Made by a program: the position numbers and the translations under genes. This document shows positions 56,362 to 64,000 of a stretch of 64,000 nt of DNA, one piece after another (position 1 is the stretch's first letter; each line of letters begins with the position of its first letter). Where the stretch lies: contig CANJEJ010000004.1 of the NCBI GenBank assembly GCA_947473325.1, forward strand, positions 4,060-68,059, given 5' to 3'. Origin of the DNA: Alphaproteobacteria bacterium (GTDB lineage: Bacteria > Pseudomonadota > Alphaproteobacteria > SHVP01). Below the pieces are notes generated by a model that was not told the origin of the DNA, did not search any database, and was given only the letters and a program-made list of their open reading frames with translations.

Positions 56362-56807
56362 CAGACAGCGTGCTGGCCCGCCTGGCGGCCCTCAAGACCA
56401 CGCCCACGGCCGAGCTCAAGAAACAGTGGCAGGCTCTCTTCGAGACGCCCCCGCCCCGCTACAACCGCCGTTTCCTCGAGAACCGCCTCGCCTACCGGAT
56501 TCAGGAGCTGGCCTATGGCGGGCTCAAGCCTGAGACTCTCAAGACCCTGGCGACGCTCGCCGTACAGCTCGAGGCGAAGACGCCCGCAGGGCGTGCGAAG
56601 CCCGATTCCGACATGCCGGTCGAAGGCACCCAGCTCCTGCGTGAGTGGGGCGGCGTCATGCACCGGGTGACCGTGCTTCGCAACGGTTTTGAGTGGGAAG
56701 GCCGGTCCTACAAGTCCCTGTCGATTATCGCGCGGACCATCACGGGCACCCAGTGGAACGGCCCTGCCTTCTTCGGCCTACGCCGCAAACCCCGGAGCGC
56801 CGAATGA
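56358..56807 (+). CDS. DUF2924-like protein (typically found immediately upstream of large serine recombinases)
   Basis: 149 aa. Its position is ATGA-coupled to the recombinase. LKKQWQALFETPPPRYNRRFLENRLAYRIQE and WNGPAFFGL are recalled as characteristic of the family. Confidence 0.5.
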   Translation: MTDSVLARLAALKTTPTAELKKQWQALFETPPPRYNRRFLENRLAYRIQELAYGGLKPETLKTLATLAVQLEAKTPAGRAKPDSDMPVEGTQLLREWGGVMHRVTVLRNGFEWEGRSYKSLSIIARTITGTQWNGPAFFGLRRKPRSAE

Positions 56808-58180
56808 CCACGCCCGCCCGGCGGCTCCGTTGTGCCGTCTACACGCGCAAGAGTTCCGAAGAAGGATTGGATCAGGCCTTCAACTCGCTCGACGCCCAGC
56901 GCGAGGCCTGTGCCGCCTATATCGCCAGCCAGAAGGGCGAAGGCTGGTCCCTGGTGATGGACCCCTATGACGATGGCGGTGTCTCTGGCGCCACCCTGGA
57001 GCGCCCCGCGCTCAAGCGCCTGCTGGCCGATATCGAGGCTAGTCGCGTCGATATGGTGGTGGTCTACAAGATCGACCGCCTCTCCCGCTCCCTGATGGAC
57101 TTCGCCCGGCTGGTCGAGGTCTTCGACCGCCAGCAGGTAACCTTCGTGTCGGTGACGCAGGCCTTCAACACCACGACCAGCATGGGCCGGCTCACCCTCA
57201 ACGTGTTGCTCAGCTTCGCCCAGTTCGAGCGCGAGGTCATCGGCGAGCGCATCCGCGACAAGTTCGCCGCTTCACGCAAGCGCGGCATGTGGATGGGTGG
57301 CACGGTGCCCTTCGGCTACCGGGTGGAGGCCCGCAAGCTGGTCATCCGCGAGGATGAGGCCGCCATCGTGCACAAGGTCTATGACCGCTTCCTCAAGCTG
57401 GGCTCGGCCACCCTGCTGGCGCAGGAGCTGGCGAAGCAGGGGGTCTGCATGCGCCGCGGCGGACCCATCGACAAGGGCGCAATTTACAAGCTGCTGCACA
57501 ACCCGGTCTATGTCGGGGAGGCGGTTCACAAGGGCGTCAGTTACCCGGGCGAGCACGAGGCCATTGTCAGCCGGGCCCAGTGGGACAAGGTGCGGGCGGT
57601 CCTGGCCGAGAACCCCAACCTTCGGGCGGGGCGGGTCCGGGCCAAGACGCCCTTCCTGCTGAAGGGCCTGATCTTCGGCCCCACTGGCGAGGCGATGTCG
57701 CCGAGCCATACCAGGCGGGGCAGCAAACTGTACCGGTATTACGTCAGCCAAGCGGTGCTGCGGCGCGGCAAGGATGCCTGCCCGTTGGGGCGGGTGCCGG
57801 CGGCGCTGATCGAGGGTGCGGTCATCGGCCAGCTGCGGGCGCTGCTGAAGCAGCCGGAGGTCATCGTCAGCACCTGGCGGGCCACGCGGGGGCAGGTCGA
57901 GCACTTCAGCGAGCAGCAGGTGACCGAGGCCCTCACCAGACTGGACCCGTTATGGGAGCATCTCTTTCCGGCCGAGCAGGCGCGCATCGTGCAGCTGCTG
58001 GTCGAGCGGGTCGATGTGCAGGAGACGGCCATCGAGATCCGGCTGCGCACGGCCGGGCTGGCATCGGTGGTGGAAGAGCTCTCGCAGTTGCGGGGTACCA
58101 ACGACGTCGGGGCAGCGGCGAAGCCCCAGGCCGGCCGGCGCCGCCGGACAGAAAACGACCCACGGCGAGAGGCTGCGTGA
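56804..58180 (+). CDS. large serine recombinase (resolvase/invertase N-terminal domain plus recombinase and zinc-ribbon domains)
   Basis: VYTRKSSEEGLDQAFNSLDAQREAC contains the catalytic Ser. VVYKIDRLSRSLMDF and the recombinase domain (GGTVPFGYRV...) are present. 458 aa. Confidence 0.85.
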   Translation: MTTPARRLRCAVYTRKSSEEGLDQAFNSLDAQREACAAYIASQKGEGWSLVMDPYDDGGVSGATLERPALKRLLADIEASRVDMVVVYKIDRLSRSLMDFARLVEVFDRQQVTFVSVTQAFNTTTSMGRLTLNVLLSFAQFEREVIGERIRDKFAASRKRGMWMGGTVPFGYRVEARKLVIREDEAAIVHKVYDRFLKLGSATLLAQELAKQGVCMRRGGPIDKGAIYKLLHNPVYVGEAVHKGVSYPGEHEAIVSRAQWDKVRAVLAENPNLRAGRVRAKTPFLLKGLIFGPTGEAMSPSHTRRGSKLYRYYVSQAVLRRGKDACPLGRVPAALIEGAVIGQLRALLKQPEVIVSTWRATRGQVEHFSEQQVTEALTRLDPLWEHLFPAEQARIVQLLVERVDVQETAIEIRLRTAGLASVVEELSQLRGTNDVGAAAKPQAGRRRRTENDPRREAA

Positions 58181-58653
58181 TGAGCACGGCGGTCCGCCGA
58201 ACCTCCGACACCCTGGTCGTGCGTGTGCCGATGACGTTCCGGAAGCGCGGCGGGCGGCGGATGGTCATCCTGCCCGACGGTGCAGAAGCCTTCGAGCCGA
58301 CCGCCGCGCGCCCACAGCCGGTGAGTGCAAGTCTCAAGGCCATGGTGAAGGCGTTCCGCTGGCGGCACCTGCTGGAGACCGGGGTGTATGCGGAGATTGA
58401 TGACATTGCTGAGGCCGAGGGTGTGAACCCCTCCTATGCCAGCCGGATCTTCCGACTCACGCTGCTGGCACCAGACATCGTCGAGGCGATTGTTGAGAAC
58501 CGGCAGCCGGAGGCGCTCACGCTGGCGAAACTGCTCGCGCCGTCACCGGTGAAATGGAGCCTCCAACTCCAGCACTTCAACCTGCTGAGGGACGCGCGAA
58601 CGGTTGACGTGCCTGAAATGGCGTTAGGGAACGCTTCTGAATCAAGCACTTGA
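58180..58653 (+). CDS. hypothetical DNA-binding protein downstream of the recombinase
   Basis: A TGATG overlap links it to the recombinase stop. IDDIAEAEGVNPSYASRIFRLTLLAPDIVEAIVENRQP is an HTH-like segment. Confidence 0.4.
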   Translation: MSTAVRRTSDTLVVRVPMTFRKRGGRRMVILPDGAEAFEPTAARPQPVSASLKAMVKAFRWRHLLETGVYAEIDDIAEAEGVNPSYASRIFRLTLLAPDIVEAIVENRQPEALTLAKLLAPSPVKWSLQLQHFNLLRDARTVDVPEMALGNASESST

Positions 58654-58759
58654 GAAGCTAATGCTCCAGCCTCCTCCATTGCATCGCTATATCGGTTGAC
58701 ACCTACGAAGTTTCCGCCTCTACCCTTGGTAGCATCAACGAGACGAGCTACCGGGCAAC

Positions 58760-61621
58760 GTGACGACCGATTACCACGCGAAATATTTTGCCTACGAGCT
58801 GACCAGAAGGCACGCGCCCGGAAGTGGCGACAAACTTGCGGGTGCAGTCGCCGGCGCGCAGGTGGACCTGAACCCGCACCAGGTCGATGCTGCGCTTTTC
58901 GCCTTTTCCTCCCCGCTCTCCAAGGGCGCACTTCTGGCCGACGAGGTAGGCCTAGGAAAGACGATCGAAGCTGGTCTCGTCATTTCACAGCGGTGGGCGG
59001 AACGAAAACACTGCGTCCTGATCATCACGCCCTCGAACCTCCGAAAGCAGTGGCACCAAGAACTTAGCGAGAAGTTCTTCCTTCCATGCGTGATTCTGGA
59101 GTCGCGTTCCTACAACGAGGCAATCAAGTCGGGACGCTTTCGTCCGTTCGACGTAAAGGACACCGTTGTCATTTGCTCCTATCAGTTTGCGCGGAACAAG
59201 GCGGCCGATGTGCAGGCCATGCCGTGGGACCTCGTCGTTATTGATGAGGCGCATCGGCTCCGCAATGTTTACAAGCCGGGAAACGTCATCGCGAATACGC
59301 TGAAGCAGGCGCTCGCGCAGAAGCAGAAGCTGCTCCTGACGGCGACGCCGCTGCAGAACTCCCTGCTGGAGCTATTTGGCCTCGTAAGCTTTATCGACGA
59401 ACACACATTCGGCGATCTCAAGAGCTTCCGCGAGCAATTCGCCAACCTCGCGCAGGATCGCGTGTTCCATGTTCTCAAAGAGCGGCTGAAACCGCTCTGC
59501 CATCGCACCTTGCGTCGGCAGGTCACCGCCTACGTCCCCTACACGCGGCGCCTGGCGCTCGTTGAGGAGTTCACGCCAACCGATGGCGAGGATCGGCTGT
59601 ACGAGCTCGTGTCGGAGTATCTGCGGCGGGACAACCTGCAAGCCCTCCCGGCCAGCCAGCGCTCCCTGATGACGCTCGTTCTTCGGAAGCTGCTCGCGTC
59701 CTCAACCTTCGCCATCGCCGGGGCGCTGTCGTCCATCTCGCGGCGGATGCAGGCCAAGCTCAAGAAGCACGAGGTCGATGCGCCGCTAGAGGATGATCTC
59801 GGCCAAGACTATGAGAGCCTCGATGCCACGGCCGAGGAGTGGACCGAGGACGAGGAGCTTGAACCCCTGACGGACGCAGATCGCAAGGCGATCGAGTCCG
59901 AAATCGCTGATCTGAACGAGTTCGCTCGGCTCGCCACGTCGATCGACCACAATGCCAAGGGGAAGGCGCTGCTGAAGGCGTTAGGTGTGGCTTTCGCGAA
60001 GGCCGAGGAACTTGGCGCCGAACCAAAAGCAATCATCTTCACCGAGTCACGAAAGACACAGGCCTATCTGCTACGGGTCCTCGCCGACAGCCCCTACGCC
60101 GACGGCGTTGTACTGTTCAACGGCACGAACACTGACGACCGCTCGAAACAAATTTACGCCCGATGGATCGAGCGTCATCAAGGCTCGGATCGCGTCAGCG
60201 GGTCGAAGACGGCCGACATGCGATCGGCCCTGGTGGACTATTTCCGCGAGGAAGGCCGCATCATGATCGCGACCGAGGCTGGCGCCGAGGGGATTAATCT
60301 TCAGTTCTGCTCTCTGGTCGTGAACTACGACCTCCCTTGGAACCCGCAGCGCATCGAGCAGCGAATTGGCCGGTGTCATCGCTACGGCCAGAAGCACGAC
60401 GTGGTGGTCGTCAACTTCCTCAATCGCAAGAACGAAGCCGATCAGCGCGTTTATCAGCTTCTGTCTGAGAAGTTCAAACTCTTCGAAGGTGTGTTCGGAG
60501 CGAGCGATGAAGTGCTGGGCGCCATCGAGTCCGGCGTGGACTTCGAAAAGCGGATCAGCGCCATCTATCAGCAATGCCGACAAACGGAAGAGATCAAGAC
60601 AGCCTTCGATAAGCTCCAGTTGGAGCTCAGCCTCGAGATCAACGAGGCGATGAGCGAGACCCGGCAAAAGCTGCTGGAGAACTTCGACGACGAAGTCCGC
60701 GAGAAACTCAAGATTCGGGACGAGGATGCCAAGGTCTACCTCGACCGCTTCGAGCAGCTGCTCATGCGCCTCACCCGGCATGAGCTGAACGACAGCGCCG
60801 AGTTCCTAAACGTGTCGTCCTTCCGCTTGAAGTCGAAACCGCCTTGGGCCGACGGCCGGGCCGTTCCGCTCGGCCTCTACGAGTTGCCGCGCCGTTCTGG
60901 CGAAGCCCACCTTTACCGGCTGAGCCACCCCCTGGGCGAAGCCATCGTCGAACGGGCCAAGGCGCGAGAGCTTGCCGTTGCGGAGCTGATCTTCGAATAC
61001 AGCAAACATACTGGCAAGGTGAGCGCGCTTGAGCCTCTCAATGGCAAGACCGGGTGGCTCACCGCAGCCATGGTCACCATCGAAGCCCTCGACCAGGCCG
61101 AAGATCATCTCCTCTTGTCCGGCTTGTCGGATGCCGGCGAGCCGTTGAGCGACGACGCCGCGTTACGCCTACTGACGCTGGCGGGACACGTTGGGGCAGC
61201 GGCAGCGCCGCCAGTTGATATGATCGATCGGCTAAAAGGAGATCTCCACCTCCGGCAGCAGGTCATCCAGCGCTCGATCTCGGAGCGCAATGCACGCTTC
61301 TTCGAAGCCGAGGCGGACAAGCTCGACGGCTGGGCGGATGATCTCAAAGTCGGCCTCGAACGTGAAATCAAGGAAATCGACAGGCTGATCAAGGAAGCAC
61401 GCCGCGCCGCCACGGCGGCGCTCACACTTGAGGAGAAGCTCGCCGGTCAGAAGGCAGTCAAGGCATTGGAGGCCGACCGCAGCACCAAGCGCCGAACACT
61501 TTTCGAGGCGCAAGATCGCATCGACGCTGACCGCGCCAAACTAATCGCCGACATTGAAGGCAAATTGGACCAGAAGATTTCCGAGGAGCACCTCTTCACT
61601 ATTCGATGGAGGGTCGTCTGA
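58760..61621 (+). CDS. SNF2-family helicase (953 aa)
   Basis: LADEVGLGKTIEAG (motif I), DLVVIDEAHRLRN (DEAH), LLLTATPLQNSLLELFGL (SNF2 motif III) and the helicase-C region (MIATEAGAEGINLQ...QRIGRCHRYGQ) are present. A long coiled-coil C-terminus follows. Confidence 0.85.
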   Translation: MTTDYHAKYFAYELTRRHAPGSGDKLAGAVAGAQVDLNPHQVDAALFAFSSPLSKGALLADEVGLGKTIEAGLVISQRWAERKHCVLIITPSNLRKQWHQELSEKFFLPCVILESRSYNEAIKSGRFRPFDVKDTVVICSYQFARNKAADVQAMPWDLVVIDEAHRLRNVYKPGNVIANTLKQALAQKQKLLLTATPLQNSLLELFGLVSFIDEHTFGDLKSFREQFANLAQDRVFHVLKERLKPLCHRTLRRQVTAYVPYTRRLALVEEFTPTDGEDRLYELVSEYLRRDNLQALPASQRSLMTLVLRKLLASSTFAIAGALSSISRRMQAKLKKHEVDAPLEDDLGQDYESLDATAEEWTEDEELEPLTDADRKAIESEIADLNEFARLATSIDHNAKGKALLKALGVAFAKAEELGAEPKAIIFTESRKTQAYLLRVLADSPYADGVVLFNGTNTDDRSKQIYARWIERHQGSDRVSGSKTADMRSALVDYFREEGRIMIATEAGAEGINLQFCSLVVNYDLPWNPQRIEQRIGRCHRYGQKHDVVVVNFLNRKNEADQRVYQLLSEKFKLFEGVFGASDEVLGAIESGVDFEKRISAIYQQCRQTEEIKTAFDKLQLELSLEINEAMSETRQKLLENFDDEVREKLKIRDEDAKVYLDRFEQLLMRLTRHELNDSAEFLNVSSFRLKSKPPWADGRAVPLGLYELPRRSGEAHLYRLSHPLGEAIVERAKARELAVAELIFEYSKHTGKVSALEPLNGKTGWLTAAMVTIEALDQAEDHLLLSGLSDAGEPLSDDAALRLLTLAGHVGAAAAPPVDMIDRLKGDLHLRQQVIQRSISERNARFFEAEADKLDGWADDLKVGLEREIKEIDRLIKEARRAATAALTLEEKLAGQKAVKALEADRSTKRRTLFEAQDRIDADRAKLIADIEGKLDQKISEEHLFTIRWRVV

Positions 61622-63438
61622 TGGTTGACCGTCCCGTAGAGATATTGGCGCTCCCCCCGAAGCTCCATGCATTGTTCGATGCCACCGTTCCGAAGAAGAC
61701 GAACGGGGACGCGAACCAAAACGAACGCGACTTTTTGAGCCGCGCTTTATCCTCTTACGCAATTCACAAGTTGACAGATGCGGACATTGCACAGTCCGCT
61801 GCATCGCTCGTCGACGGCGGAGGGGACGGCGGTATAGATGGGGTTTTTTTCTCTGCAACCACGGATACCCTCTGGCTTGTTCAAAGCAAATACATTCACT
61901 CCGGAGTCGGCGAGCCCGATCTCGGCGAGGTGACCAAGTTCAAAGCCGGTGTCGAATTTCTGTTGGAAGGCAGGTTCGAGGCCTTCGCGGATAGCAAAGC
62001 CTGGCAAGCGATCATGCCTCAGATCGAGGCTGCCCTGAAGAATTCGTCGCACGTCCGTGCCGTGCTTTGCTATTCGGGCCTGGGCCTGGTTTCCGAGGAT
62101 CGGAAGCGTCTATTCGAATCACTTCGGGCCAAAGTGTCGAAGGATGCAAACGACGATTACTTCGGATTTCAATCCATCAATCTCACCACGCTCAACGATT
62201 GGATTACGGGCGGCGGAGACCCCCGCGGCGTGGAATCTGTCGAGCTGGAGCTTCTCCGGCCTGGGCTTGTTACAGAGCCCCATGAGACCATCTATGGTTT
62301 GGTTTCGCTCGATGCGCTCGACGCTTTGCACAGGAAACATGGAAAGAAGCTTGTCGCCGCAAATCTACGCGGCTTCAAGGGGCGCACGGATGTAAACGAC
62401 GAGATTCAAAAGACGGTCAGCGATGAAGCTGATTTGTTTTTCTACCTGAACAACGGCCTGACAGCCTACTGCGATAGGCTTGAAATAAATAACATTGATC
62501 GCGCCAACGCCGAAAGGAAGCGCCTGACCGCCAAGGGCTTCGCGATCATCAATGGCGCGCAGACGCTGGGCTCCATCGTGAAGAGTTTTGACGGTAAGCC
62601 GCTCGAAAGGCAGCCCAAGGGCTACGCTTTCATCAAGATTATTTCGTTGGAGAAGTGCGAAGATGACCGCGCGTTTGCGGATCGTATCTCCCGCACGGCC
62701 AACTTCCAGAATCATGTGGAGCTCAGAGACTTCGCCGCCGCTTATGAATTCCATCAAGAAGTTTCGAGGGCGCTTTCAGTGAATGGGGTGGGCTACCACT
62801 ACAAAACTGATGAGGACACGCCCCCGAATGACGCTTCCAACTTCGATATGGAAGAAGCGCTGACAGCGTGCGCCTGTCTTCAGAATACAGCCGACTGCGA
62901 CTTTATCACCCGCGTTGCGGCGAACCGCGACTCGCTTCGCTCTTTGGAAATGGTCTTTCCGGCCGGCGAGGTTCTGCGAAGCCGCCACGAGCGAGTCTTT
63001 CCTCACAGCCTGTCCGCCCGTTCGGTATGGCGCGCGGTTCAGGTGCAGCGGATCGCACTGGACGCCATGAAGGGCGCGGCCGGCGCGGCAACCGGAGCAA
63101 CCAAGTCGTTCTATACGAATGCGCGTTGGGTCGTACTCGCAGGGCTGTTCAACCGCCTCAAGCCGCAGAATGGAGAGGCTCTTGCGGTGACGGCTAAAGA
63201 GCAAGCCGACGTTTCGGCCGCCACCGCAGAATATGCAGAGAAGCTGCTGGCTCTGAGTGTGGCTAAGGGGTTTGCGAGCTACGAACAGCAGCCAGGGGGA
63301 ATTCAGGTTCTGAAGTCCACTCGCGACTTTCAGTCCGTGTTTAAGACACAAGGCGATTGCCAAACCCTGTTCGGCGCGCTCAAGGCGGAAATTTGGAAAG
63401 CAGAGTATCCCGCGCAACCACAGATGGGGGCGCAGTGA
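61621..63438 (+). CDS. hypothetical protein with putative PD-(D/E)xK nuclease-like N-terminal motif (possibly AIPR/Abi-like)
   Basis: The start overlaps the SNF2 stop (GGAGGG SD 7 nt upstream). GGGDGGIDGVFF...TLWLVQSKY fits a D...(E/Q)xK pattern. About 605 aa. The family assignment is from memory and is not verified. Confidence 0.45.
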   Translation: MVDRPVEILALPPKLHALFDATVPKKTNGDANQNERDFLSRALSSYAIHKLTDADIAQSAASLVDGGGDGGIDGVFFSATTDTLWLVQSKYIHSGVGEPDLGEVTKFKAGVEFLLEGRFEAFADSKAWQAIMPQIEAALKNSSHVRAVLCYSGLGLVSEDRKRLFESLRAKVSKDANDDYFGFQSINLTTLNDWITGGGDPRGVESVELELLRPGLVTEPHETIYGLVSLDALDALHRKHGKKLVAANLRGFKGRTDVNDEIQKTVSDEADLFFYLNNGLTAYCDRLEINNIDRANAERKRLTAKGFAIINGAQTLGSIVKSFDGKPLERQPKGYAFIKIISLEKCEDDRAFADRISRTANFQNHVELRDFAAAYEFHQEVSRALSVNGVGYHYKTDEDTPPNDASNFDMEEALTACACLQNTADCDFITRVAANRDSLRSLEMVFPAGEVLRSRHERVFPHSLSARSVWRAVQVQRIALDAMKGAAGAATGATKSFYTNARWVVLAGLFNRLKPQNGEALAVTAKEQADVSAATAEYAEKLLALSVAKGFASYEQQPGGIQVLKSTRDFQSVFKTQGDCQTLFGALKAEIWKAEYPAQPQMGAQ

Positions 63439-63445
63439 GGCAGAA

Positions 63446-64000
63446 ATGACAAAGAAGAAAAAACTCGAACTGACGTGGGTGGGCAAGGAAAACCTGCCGC
63501 GCCTGGAGCCGCGCATCCTGCTCGAAGAGTCCGAGAGGTCGTATCATGCCGCGCATCGGGTCGGCGACGAAGACATCTTCGACAATCGGCTGATCTTTGG
63601 CGACAACCTGCTCGCACTGAAGGCGCTGGAGCAGGAATTTTCTGGCCAGATCAAATGTGTCTACATTGATCCACCTTTCAATACCGGAGCAATGTTTGAG
63701 CATTACGACGATGGATTGGAGCATTCTCTATGGCTGCAGCAAATGAGCGATCGGCTTTCCATTCTGCAAAGATTGCTACACAGAAGCGGCGTCATTTGGA
63801 TTCATATTGATGATAAGGAAGTAGCATACCTGCGAGTTGTCTGTGACGAGATTTTCGGGCGTCGTAATTTTTTGAATATGATCGTCGTTAAGACATCCGA
63901 TCCTTCTGGACATAAAACGGTTAACCCATCTCCCTATTCTCAAACAGAATACATTTTGATGTATGCGAAGGAGCGCGCCGAATTTCAATACGAACAAAGA
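63446..64000 (+). CDS. Type III restriction-modification Mod-like N6-adenine DNA methyltransferase (partial; continues beyond the window)
   Basis: TGAGG lies 5 nt before the ATG. LELTWVGKE, CVYIDPPFNTG (DPPY-type motif IV) and VCDEIFG closely parallel EcoP15I Mod (LNWLGK, IYIDPPYNTG, VCDEIFG). Confidence 0.75.
   Translation, partial: MTKKKKLELTWVGKENLPRLEPRILLEESERSYHAAHRVGDEDIFDNRLIFGDNLLALKALEQEFSGQIKCVYIDPPFNTGAMFEHYDDGLEHSLWLQQMSDRLSILQRLLHRSGVIWIHIDDKEVAYLRVVCDEIFGRRNFLNMIVVKTSDPSGHKTVNPSPYSQTEYILMYAKERAEFQYEQR

Larger units (their letters stand above)
49040..64000. mobile_element. putative integrative element / defense island (left edge approximate; right end beyond the window)
   Basis: There is an abrupt drop in local GC and a change in oligonucleotide character at about 49.04 kb. 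The block contains a serine recombinase, an AlpA-like excisionase, a DUF2924-like gene, a P-loop replication-type protein, a TIR protein, an SNF2 helicase and a Type III Mod-like methyltransferase. Confidence 0.5.

Noticed and set aside
61606-61620. Alternative upstream ATG (61606) for the 605-aa island protein
   Set aside because: The ATG at 61621 has a GGAGGG SD at 7-nt spacing and overlaps the SNF2 stop (TGATG), the pattern seen throughout this operon. The upstream start cannot be excluded, but it would add only 5 residues.
1-64000. tRNA genes or CRISPR arrays (for example as island integration sites)
   Set aside because: I scanned the intergenic regions, notably 49040-49390, 52450-52910 and 55155-55210. 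I found no cloverleaf-compatible about 75-nt segment and no regularly spaced direct repeats. A proper tRNAscan or CRISPR-finder run was not possible.

Overview
This is a high-GC (about 65%) window that looks alphaproteobacterial, judging by SelO, ExoD, TspO, a CspA-type cold-shock gene and many family-5 ABC binding proteins (inference only; no search was possible). Positions 1 to about 49,000 form a dense chromosomal block of uptake and catabolism genes. It holds three paralogous ~370-aa class I SAM methyltransferases (one cut at the window edge, two in tandem) and five family-5 (DppA/OppA-like) substrate-binding proteins, but only one complete dipeptide-type ABC transporter. It also holds a Liv-type ABC operon carrying an amidase-signature enzyme preceded by a ~65-aa AtzG-like ORF, two MmgE/PrpD paralogs flanking a GST, three alpha/beta hydrolases, two amidohydrolases, two cupin proteins, an LLM-type flavin oxidoreductase, an MDR quinone oxidoreductase and an MFS transporter. 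Housekeeping genes in the block are ppa, ridA, selO, a cold-shock gene, a patatin gene and a CBS-domain gene. A ~256-bp block carrying the promoter, 5'UTR and signal peptide of the substrate-binding gene at 27475 is duplicated as a truncated fragment upstream of selO. From about 49,040 the composition shifts and an accessory island begins. It starts with a 1019-aa TIR-TM-TPR-WD40 protein. A 460-bp repeat-rich spacer follows, then a 747-aa P-loop NTPase, then a translationally coupled run of integrative-element genes (AlpA-like excisionase, small ORF, DUF2924-like protein, large serine recombinase, small DNA-binding ORF). That run continues into a 953-aa SNF2-family helicase, a 605-aa protein with a PD-(D/E)xK-like DGGIDG...QSK motif, and a Type III Mod-like N6-adenine methyltransferase cut off at the window end. 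This island (49.4-64.0 kb) is the best candidate for an undescribed anti-phage system. The two specific candidates are the single-gene TIR-TM-WD40 protein and the SNF2/nuclease-like/Mod operon fused to the recombinase module. No rRNA, tRNA or CRISPR array was found. Many long ORFs in the track are antisense shadows of the real genes, as expected at this GC content.
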